A stretch of DNA of 64,000 nucleotides from Lingula anatina. Its lineage: Eukaryota; Animalia; Brachiopoda. A program made the translations under genes and the position numbers. Position 1 is the first letter of the stretch. Every line of letters begins with the position of its first letter. Positions 12,535 to 22,796 of this stretch are shown here, in pieces. The notes under the pieces were generated by a model. It saw only the letters and a program-made list of their open reading frames with translations. It was not told the origin of the DNA and did no database searches. The stretch covers positions 44,370,788-44,434,787 of the forward strand of contig CM120640.1 of the NCBI GenBank assembly GCA_051362555.1. The letters run 5' to 3'.

Positions 12535-14248
12535 TTTATGTACAGACACAGATGTGTCTGTACATATAGCCATCATCTGCGTCTGTCGTCGCCGTCGTCG
12601 TCGTCGTCGCCGTGCACTTTTACCGATAACACGATAAGTGGAAAACCATTTTACCTTTTGACTTGAAACTTGCAGAACTGATGAATATTCATAATACGCA
12701 GGTCAAGTTCGAAAATCAGCATGATCGGGTCACTTTTAGGGAATTTATGCTGTTTTTTCACTTTTTTCAGCATATATGCAGCACCGATAACACGATAAGT
12801 GGAAAACCATTTTACCTTTTGACTTGAAACTTACAGAACTGATGAATATTCATAATACGCAGGTCAAGTTCGAAAATCAGCATGATTGGGCCATTTTTAG
12901 GGAATTTATGCTGTTTTTTCACTATTTTCAATATAAATACAACACTGATAACACAATATAAGAAAAACGGATTGGCGAATTGTAATTATACTCACAGGGT
13001 TGGTCAATCTTACTAAAACGCAGGTTGAGTTCGAAAATCAGCATAATCGGGCCATTATTTTAGAAGTTATACTGTTTTTCACATTTCCTCAGATTCAATT
13101 ATTAGGCATGTTAACAGTCTCATTATTTAACTAATAAGATGCCTAAAAGTGTTTGTTTGATATTTCCTGCATCTTTACAACATTGTTAGTTGATTATGTA
13201 AAAAACATGGTAAATTTGTTATCATGTATTGTGTAATAGTGTCAAAAATGGAAATAAACTCATATCATTGCAGTTTGTCAGATTCAATCATCCACTATGT
13301 TCAGAATCTCAGAATGGAGGAAATTGGACATTTAACACTGTTCTATTGATACTTTTCCCATCTCATCAATTTTTTTAGTTGGTCATATAAAATGGCAGTA
13401 AAATGTTTATTTTGTTTTATGTTAAAAAAGTGTTAAAAATGGAAATAAACCCATTTCAGAACAGTGCTGTCTTGTTTACATTTTGGCATTTTCAAGGCGT
13501 GACTTTGAAGTTCCATGGGCCTGAAGACCTTTGCTAGTCACATTTTCTGAATATCTGTGAAACAAATATTTTATAATTAAAAATCGATGGTCATTAAGCT
13601 GTTAAACATTATGTAATATTGCATCAAAATTTGAAGAAACCCCTATTTTGGGCACTGCTTCCATGATGACCATTTAAGGAAAATCATGTCACTTACTGTT
13701 CTCAAACTTACAGGAAAGAAACATGGGACTAAAATACAGCTTCAGTAGGCAATGCAGTCTGTTTGGTATTTTTATTTATTTATTTATTTATTTTATTATT
13801 TTTTTTTTTTTTGGCAGTTAAACAGGTTTTTGTGAAAATTTAATTTTTCACATATTGGCATTTACAAGGTGTGACTTTAAAGTTCCATGATCTTGAAGAC
13901 TTTTGCTTGTCACATTTTCTGAATGTCCATGTTACTAATATTTTATTAATAACATTTGATTGTCATTATGCTGTTAAACATTATGTAATGTTGCATCAAA
14001 ATTTGAAGAAACTCCTATTTTGGGCACTGCTCCTATGATGACCATTTAAGGGAAATCATGTCACTTACTGTTATCAAACTTACAGGAAAGAAACATGGGT
14101 CTAACATACAGCTTCAATAGGCAACGCAGTCTGTTTGGTAAATTTTTGTGGCAATTTAACAGTTTTTTGTGAAAATTTAATTTTTCACTTATTTGCATCT
14201 TTATTTTCTGTTCTTTGTCTGTACATTTGACAGCTTTGCTGCCTTGTT
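12535..14248 (+). mobile_element. Full-length non-autonomous Helentron/DINE-1-like (HINE) element
   Basis: 5' subTIR ATGTACAGACA followed by its inverted copy TGTCTGTACAT, a (GTC)n tract, ~3 x 161-bp repeats (starts 12623, 12784, 12945), then 3' subTIR and hairpin. Inserted in a T-run; the paralogous site at ~5991-6000 is empty. Confidence 0.88.
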
Positions 14249-15266
14249 AAACAATGTTCGAAAATTTTAATATCTCTGATAAATTATGTTTCACTACCTT
14301 TGCCATGACACCCGTGGTTACAGCTCATCTTCGGTGTTCCACGTTTCCTTACAAGGCTGCACGGTAGCGATCAGCAACAGTTAGTTGATTTACAACGGAG
14401 ATCCTAGGGTGAGTTTTAAAACATACATGTAGCATGAGGTATACATAAACATTCATTTCTGCATTATGTTTTCTTTATTGTGCCAATCATATTTTATGCG
14501 AATAACCATTTCAGAGATTAAGAATGAAAGGAAAAATATGTCTAAGGTCAATATAATTGCAATACCATGGATTTCAATGGACAAGAAAATGTAGTTTCAA
14601 CGGAGCTACACAATATTTTACAGACTTATCGCAAATAAAAAAGATATTTTAGGCAAATAAGCATGATACCTACTGGCATTATTCATATCTGATAGAGGCT
14701 TGATGACGTGGTATGGTTAGGAAATGTTAAGGAAAACACCAGTGGAAGAGGATGAAATGATTTGCTATATAATGTACGAGTATAGACACATTACAAATGA
14801 TTTTAAAATGTTAAGAATTACTGAACTCAAGATGAAACGATATAATAATCACAATGGAAAATAAATATACGTATTTTGCATTGATAAAAAAATACAGAGA
14901 TGGTGATAGCATTCGTTTATTGTACATGTATATATAAGCATTGCATATAATTACTCATTTTCTTGTTTTTATCAAAAGAATTTAGGAAAAAAGGGATGAG
15001 TTGACGACAGTGTACCTATACTCCAAGGCCTTTTCTGGAAAATGTAATTTAGTGCTCTCATCCATTTTGATCTTTGGGAACCCAATATGCACACACCAAT
15101 CAGCTACATTTTTCAATTTATTTTGCAGAGCTATTTTTCGAGTTCCCACTCCAATTAAATTTTGATAAATATAATGAAAAAAAACTTGCAGGTCTACCGA
15201 TTTGTCGGAGAGGTGCTCATCATATCAAAATTCAAAACATGGATGTTACTAGATACAACACCTTAC

Positions 15267-18200
15267 CGCTATATTTGGCCGTAAAACTCATTGGCAGGGT
15301 CGTTGTGACAGCAGTTGTTGGACAAACCAATCGACGGCCCACTGAATTCAAATGTAATTATTTTTATAAATATTCATTCTCGCTTGTTTAAATAAAAACA
15401 AAAGAAACAATATCAGAAATAATGTCATGAAATAAAACGAAACACCACAAGCATATCATCACTTCGTGTGTTCTTATACATGTACATTAGGAACATGACT
15501 ACAAATTTAGTTTATCTATTTATTGATGTTTATCTGAGCGCAATTTCTAACACGTTTGTCTTGCACATTTACACAAATGGAAATACTCACCATCACACTT
15601 GAAAAACTTCAAATCATCTAGAGCGATGTCACTTATTGTACAGTAGTGCCAGTCGTGTCGACAGCTTCAATTAAAATCTAAATAATAGATGAATGATATA
15701 ATATTAGACCATCTGTCTTATTTTTTTACTTATATTGTTGAACTATTATAATTATTACATATATATAATAACTATTATTGAAATATTATAAACTAAATTG
15801 AAAAGCACTATTGTAATTTTGATGAAATGATTGTTTTACCTGGAATGGTTGTGTTTGACATGAGATGGTCATATTGCCATGGATTCATACATTTCCATGG
15901 TTACCCTGGTCACTAAATACAGGTGATAAATTCTTAGAGCATTTTGCCTGGATGTAAACATTCAATCGGCCAATATCTAAAAGTAAAAAAAACATCATGT
16001 GTTCGCTGCTTAATTTGGAAGACAGAAGGGGCGGACGAGACGTTCCTTCACTTTTTAGTCTTGTATGTTCATATGTTCATATACGTCACAGGCCAGATCC
16101 AAATCTAGTCCAATTACTTGGTCTAGGGCAGATTGCTATTAGGTCTTTGCATTGTTAACAGAGGAATAAGCATGGTCAAGTAATTTACAGGGGAGCTGCC
16201 AGTTTGTACATGTAATTAAATTGTGGATGTTCTAATACACAGTGATTCTTTAAAAAAAGACACCAAAGGTCCCCCTCTTGAAATTTGAATTTTGACTAGC
16301 TGAATCATACTTTTAAACCACACCAAATGGCACCGTTCGCCCTCTAAAAAATACCATTTTTTCGGGGCCCTACGCCAAAGGGGGGGGGGTCGGCTTTACA
16401 TCCGTGGACCTCCCCCTTTCAAATAATCCTGGATCTGCCCCTGATACATGTACTTAAACTTAGTTGTATTCATATTTTGGTTTGAAATAAACATTTGATG
16501 ATGATACTTTTCAAAGCTTTTTGCATAAATATTTAAAACCACGGTAATTACTCGATCTTTTCAATAGGGAAAAATTGTATATTTTTCAGATGCTGCAATC
16601 TGTAAGTCACAATTTCTTAAAGTTAGGTAATTCCTATTGAGAGGTGTAGCAACAAAATTAAAAAAAAACAGGCTATTTATATTTCTATTCCATGCAGTAA
16701 AAGCATCATAAATTCTACGTATATAGAAATATAATTTTTGTGATTATAAAATTAAGTTTCTGAAAGGTTGATAACTTTTGCCCATTGAGAATATCGAGTT
16801 ATTACCTTTAAAATACGTGAATAACCGTCAACACAACCTGTGATATTAATCAATATGCCAAGTAAGCCGTAACTCATTTCCATACAAGCACTGTTATTAC
16901 CAAGCAAATGTGATTTGTATTACATTCAAGTTCACTTACTATCGTCCTGGCTGAGTCCGAAATCGAAAGGTTTATCAAACATATGATACCAGAGTTCGAA
17001 GCAACTGCGACTCTGTTCTGGTTGAAACAAGGGTGACATCAGGCGCAATTTATCATTCTTGGCCGTGTGACTTGACTCCATGTATAAGAAAAATCCTAAA
17101 CACCAACAAAACAGTTATATTAAGACAAAACGTAGTAAGATGTCCAAATTAAGCCCGTACCAATTACCTTGAATCAAAAAGATCTCTGTCCACTCGTTTT
17201 TACAGATCATAAACATGAAATTGCAAATAATTTTGTTGCAATTTTATTTTGCGATAATCGAAATTTGTTTTCGCTAGTGTCGGGTACGTATTTTGACTGC
17301 TCGAAATACAGCATTAATTTTTTTCCAAATTCAAAAATCCTTATCCGTTTTAGTAAAAAGCACGCACTTGCGTATTCCAGATGTTACTACATGTGCTGCA
17401 TTTGATTATTACGATATATTAATGAATTTATATTTCATTACCATAACTTGTTCCTGTTGTATGATCATACAAGGGACCAGTGGAACTCGTGGGGGTGCGT
17501 CCTCTCCATCTTTTCCAATCCCCGTCATCTGTATTGTTGTCCTGTGTCCAGCCACATAGGTCTTGCTCGAAGTTACACGAATTATATACAGTGTTTCCTG
17601 TTGAAAAAAGCATGAGGGTTCATTTCCATTATTATAATCGACAAAAATTATTTTTGTTTCCGAGTAATTCATTTTGTTTCAGAAACATTGAAATCTTCTA
17701 GAAATTTCGTGTCCGTTCATTGTATTTTACTTGAAAACTAACAATGATGGACGGTGACGCAAGAATTCATTCTTCGTTGTACCAATTGGTTAAAAATGCC
17801 TTCAAAACAAATCACAAGCTATTGAATTCTAAGCATTTTGTTCTTGTTATTGCACCCCTTTTTCTTAGTTTCACGAGAAACACTTAAAGTCCTTTACAAA
17901 TGTCTTGACCTACACACACTGGACAAAAGAAGTGTCACCCCTACTGAACCAATACTTTGGGGGATATAAACTGTGGAATGATATGCTCCTGGTATCATTT
18001 TATTAACATCAAATTTCACAAAAAGACCAACAGTACAATTCCATGGTACAGCGGTTTTATACTTATTTTTCACATCATAAGTAGACCAGGCATTATAAAG
18101 ACTCAAGATCTACCTACTAGTAACTTTGATTACTCTGATTCAGGGGGTGGCACTTCTATTGTCCATTGTGTGTAGTACCGCATAAAACGTGAAAGAGAGC

Positions 18201-18306
18201 AACTCGGCATGTCAAAATAAAGCACAGTATACAAAGAGATAAAGCACAAACCTTTAACGACGACTCCACACGAAAATAAAACGACTGTCAGGATACACAC
18301 TACCAT
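15267..18306 (-). pseudogene. MAM-domain gene copy A, disabled; exons 18252-18306, 17442-17597, 16940-17095, 15840-15976, 15591-15677, 15267-15341
   Basis: Same exon sizes as copy B, except an in-frame TGA at 15885-15887 (TGG/Trp in B) and a 5-bp insertion at ~15641-15645 that makes the 82-bp exon 87 bp (frameshift to TAA). Confidence 0.85.
16089..16443. mobile_element. Probable decayed hAT-like MITE in copy A intron
   Basis: CAGGCCAGATCC...GGATCTGCCCCTG imperfect termini; absent from the matching intron of copy B. Confidence 0.4.
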
Positions 18307-19109
18307 GACGGTTGCTTCTATGGTTAAAGAATCTAAATTCCAACAGTGCAAATTATCAACGAAAATTTATGTTCGCGAGCTTACAATTTTTATTATCTAT
18401 CTTTTCGTAAGCCAAAAACCCTATATTTTAGAGGGCAATCTACTTCAATGCTCTTCTACCAAAACACAAAATATTTCTGTCATTATATGCCAAGAAGTTT
18501 ATCTTTGTTTATGGAAAACGAATAAGTTTACACTAACTTTTACATTATTTCACATTACCAGTGGAGTTTTAGATAGGGTTTGCTAATTTAAAATCAGGCA
18601 CGTATTAAATAAAGGTGTGTCTTATTTATTAACATATTAAGGCGAAATTTCTCCTAGTAACATGACAAAAGTTATTCGATTACGACCTAAACTTTATTGT
18701 ATAAAGACGCTCTCTTGATTTTGACTTAAATCACAAAAAGTCCTGAACAATGCTGTTTATTTTGTTTATATGGAGCATGTCGATAAATTTTACACGTTCC
18801 CGTTTACCTGGGGTGAGTTAATAAACTGTGATCAGCAAAAAATCATTATAACACGTAACTGTTGGATACATTTATATCTGTAGATAGGACACGTTAATTT
18901 TACCCCTTTAAACTCTTATTAACACAGGTACAGAGTATGTGTTATTTATTAAAACTTATGTGTTATGAAGGCAGTGGATTGTGTTAGTTGAGCTGGGTGA
19001 GCTTGCGTGACCGTCTACGAAATCGATTCGGCGGGCGTAAGTGCACACTTATTTTTGGTCGCACATAAAAGAAATAGGAAATGCTGTAAAGACTGTTACT
19101 TCAATTGCG

Positions 19110-19110
<1 letters not shown>

Positions 19111-19173
<63 letters not shown>
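19111..19173. repeat. (AT)n microsatellite
   Basis: Direct reading. Confidence 0.95.
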
Positions 19174-19175
<2 letters not shown>

Positions 19176-19450
19176 GATGCAATACAGATAATTATACTGC
19201 ACGATGTGAAAAAGCTCGTAATCAGCACATGAAACTGATTTTTGATGATACAGGGAAGGACTGAGAAGGGTTTTTTTCTCAGACGTTTAGAAGGTTTAAC
19301 CAAGGTATAACACAGCGGTATAACGTTAACAGTGTTGCAAATGTTAAAAATAAGGTTAATGATATGCGCTACCTTAACGCAAATTTGGCTTTGTAACATT
19401 TGTAAAGATGCTTTATGATCACTTTGAACAAGCTTCTAAAGCGTGAATAA

Positions 19451-19664
19451 GGGTGCTTTCCCAGAGATTTAGATTAAGTTTTAGATCGACCTAACTCCCT
19501 GGGGGTTCACGCTAAATTGCAGTCAGCCGAGCGGACACCATAGTTAATTACCCCCTTACAGCTTTTAGTAGGCGGGACAGATGCTTAAGCCGGCCAAGCT
19601 GACAGTAATCTAGTGAGACTCCCCACAGGGATAGATCGTTCTAAAAATTTATGGAAATGGGGTG
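19451..19664. mobile_element. PIF/Harbinger (Tourist-like) MITE
   Basis: ~214 bp with imperfect TIRs and TAA flanks on both sides; core shared with 37648-37862. Confidence 0.75.
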
Positions 19665-21197
19665 TAAGTTAGAAAATGCAAAGGACCCGGGATTTCACTA
19701 CTAAGCCCTCGCCACCCAACAACTTCTTAACCTTGTTACCTAATCGCAGCACCGAAATCTGTAAATTAATTATGAAGTCTTCCCTATTAGTTCATATAAT
19801 TGTGCGTTGCTCAATAAGTTCATAGCTAGATTTTCGTGAGCCGTCGCACAAACAAAAATGATCGATTATTTTGACTACAACGCCTGTAACTTAACTGCCG
19901 GACTCTGCAGATCAATGAGCGTCAACTTTTTAACGTGACTTTAAATCGAATCCTAATACCAAACCCCTCTACCAATTTGAAGCATTTTTATATGTACCAC
20001 AATTCTAGTATTACTCAGTAATTCCAGGGACATAAATACCCAACTGTATAATATACCTTGGTCATTGTGATTATAATGTTCTTTTGTACAGTGGTATTGC
20101 TTTACACTGGAGAAAAAAAGCTCTTTGTTTAAGCAGGGCTTAAAGCGTTGCTATTTGAATTTGAATAGCCATCTGTCTTTACTGGAGTTATACACACATA
20201 CTGAATACACTTTGTCACCTTTCGACTCCTTGTGTTGACTTTAAAAAGTGCATGTGCCAATAAACGTCTCATAAGTGACAATAGGATATAGTGTAACCGG
20301 CGCAATAGGTGAATGCAACTGTGGAAAAATTCAATATAACTTTTAAAAGATAAGCCGATTACGTTTGGCTTAGTGAAATACATTTTACGGTCAAATTTGA
20401 ACATTGAGGGGGTATTAATATTATGGGTTACCTGTAAGCTGCGGTGCTCTCTCTAACGGTAGTTAACATTTGATTGAATTTTAATATAATGTTATCATTT
20501 TTTAACCACTACCTTGAGCGTCGATGTGCCTTAAACTTTTAGAATAACAGCAGGTCGTTGTTAAAGGAATAAGATTAAGTGGTCATTTTTGGCATTGATT
20601 TAATGCATAAAGGAGCCCTTGATTTGTTTTCCAAATCAGCTCGTGCTAATAATAGCCCCTTGTTATTGCCATTTACAAAACTGTGCACATGTTATCGAAT
20701 AGCAAGCAGAGTTACGTAATAAATCACCTTTGCATTGCAATATAATATCGGATCAATAACCATAATGCGGAATACTTAATCACGCTGTTGTTTTAAAACC
20801 GACGCGAGAGTGTATTTACAAACTCTTACTCAAAGCGGACTGATTACAGGTTCACTGTGGAGTGTTGACAGGTGCTGTACCGGGTGTTTGGAGTGAGAGG
20901 TGTATTTACTCGCGGATTGCGCGTCGGGTTGCCAGGGACAGATAAGGTGGCCATGGAGTACCTTTTCGCACCCGTCGTCCCCATGAATGTACGGTGACTA
21001 CCACATCGATGTAGAACACCTGGGCAGTCTGTCGCTCCTGGGCATCATGTACGAAACGTGAGGTTTTAAATTCATCAGAGGTATTTTAGCATTGCTTAGG
21101 GTCAACGTCCATGCTGTTTATCATTGCCGTGAAACTACGTGGACAGATTCAGGAGATCAGATCACAAAACTGAAACAGGTGAGAGCTACTTTTACAG

Positions 21198-22046
21198 ATG
21201 GCCGCTTACTGGTCCCGACAGCTTCGTCTGCGTGTCGAAAGTGAGGATCCTGCTTATCATGGTTTAAAGAAACTCAAACTAAGGGGAAAAGAACTGTCTG
21301 ATCTCCCATATGAAGTGTTTTCCTTATTAGAACTTGAGGTGTTAGATCTGAGTCCTGAGCGGCAGTCGTGTTTGGCTTATCGCTTGTCGTACGTGCCACC
21401 AGAGATAGGACGCCTGGTGAACCTCAAGGTTTTGATGCTCGACACCAACGATTTGCGAGAGATTCCTCCACAAATTGCTCTCCTGCGCAATCTAGAAAGA
21501 ATTGCTCTCAGTAACAATTCACTATCCCAACTTCCGGCGGAATTTTCAAATTTGAAAAGTCTAAAAAGCTTACACATTGCAAACAATGAATTCGTCGATA
21601 TTCCACTCGAAGTGTGCGAATTGGAGGACTTAGAATTCTTAGATTTTTCAGACAACCAAATACACAAAGTCCCTGACGAAATCAGCAAATTAGCCAAGCT
21701 GGAAACTCTCTTGTTGCCTTACAATAAAATCAAGGTGCTACCTGATGGAATATGCAGGCTGGTCAACCTCCGATCTTTGTGGCTGGGGAAAAATAAACTT
21801 AAATCATTGCCCAAGGATTTTGGGAATTTAGTTTTATTGGACTGGGGATTAAATTGGCACTCGTCTATTTTAGACGGTAATCCGCTAATTTCCCCACCGC
21901 TTGAGGTCTGTCGTTTAGGCCCAGTGCAGATAGGACGCTACTTTAACATGGCAGCCGAGAAAAAGAAGAGTGATTCGATGAATAACAGTCGCCCATCACC
22001 ACCCAAGTCAGATCCGCCTGCCACGGAAACTGCTAGGGGAAACTGA
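21198..22046 (+). CDS. Intracellular leucine-rich-repeat protein (282 aa, ~8-9 LRRs of mostly 23 aa)
   Basis: Repeated LxxLxLxxNxLxxLP motif and a C-cap LDGNPLISPPLEVCRLG...IGRY. No signal peptide; uninterrupted ORF; the ATG follows an acceptor-like TTTTACAG. Confidence 0.93.
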   Translation: MAAYWSRQLRLRVESEDPAYHGLKKLKLRGKELSDLPYEVFSLLELEVLDLSPERQSCLAYRLSYVPPEIGRLVNLKVLMLDTNDLREIPPQIALLRNLERIALSNNSLSQLPAEFSNLKSLKSLHIANNEFVDIPLEVCELEDLEFLDFSDNQIHKVPDEISKLAKLETLLLPYNKIKVLPDGICRLVNLRSLWLGKNKLKSLPKDFGNLVLLDWGLNWHSSILDGNPLISPPLEVCRLGPVQIGRYFNMAAEKKKSDSMNNSRPSPPKSDPPATETARGN

Positions 22047-22757
22047 GACATTGAATATTGTTATCGTCTGACGGGCCTTTCCTGTGAAGGATCAAGCTTA
22101 ATGGATTTGCGTCTCATTCACCCACGGGTACATTAACCTAGTCAGTATGGATGTTATAGGATTGAGGCCATTATACTTTTTTCTCATTTTCATTATTAGG
22201 AGTGTTTTCTTTTGGTTGTTATCCCATCGATTTCAGTTCCATACATTCTTATCAACATTTGGATTACTTTAACTAGTTTCCAAAGACTCGCTGATCTTTG
22301 CGCAACTCTTTAAAGATTAAAAGATTACTGTAAGAAATTGCTCAGTTTTGCCTTTTAAAAGACGGGTAAAAAGACCAACAACAATCTGTAAATTAATAAA
22401 GTAATTGAATCTATTCCAATTGCGTGTATTGGGATTACTTTAAATAGTAAAATTGAAGAATAGCGTCTCTTTGTACAATGATTTCTTTCATTAATTTATT
22501 CTTCCTTTAATTATATTTGGAGTAATACGTACAGATATTCTGTCTTTATTAAGACAATATAAAAGTTTAATGACGTACATCTTCAATTGTATAAAATATA
22601 TTTGGTAGTTGAACCCGTGCAAGTAAAACAATTTGAAGATACATATATATTAGCCATTGTCATCAACAGAATTAAACTTAACTGAAGGTAATACAAGAAA
22701 TTGATTGATTTTGAAATACGCAACCATTAATGTGGTCGCAAGTAATTACAAATTATT

Positions 22758-22762
<5 letters not shown>

Positions 22763-22793
<31 letters not shown>
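22763..22793. repeat. (CT)n microsatellite
   Basis: Direct reading. Confidence 0.9.

Positions 22794-22796
<3 letters not shown>

Noticed and set aside
12623-13080. 161-bp repeats as a CRISPR-like array or stand-alone satellite
   Set aside because: Eukaryotic context with no unique spacers; they are the internal repeats of the HINE.
15885-15887. Selenocysteine or readthrough at the in-frame TGA
   Set aside because: It replaces Trp rather than Cys, and the next exon is frameshifted.
19007-19399. YIYIYI ORFs (and the poly-Tyr ORF 1671-1859)
   Set aside because: Microsatellite translation artefacts.
20953-21057. Upstream coding exon for the LRR gene (MYGDYHIDVEHL...)
   Set aside because: Its donor would be phase 2 and joins out of frame to the acceptor before ATG 21198; more likely UTR.
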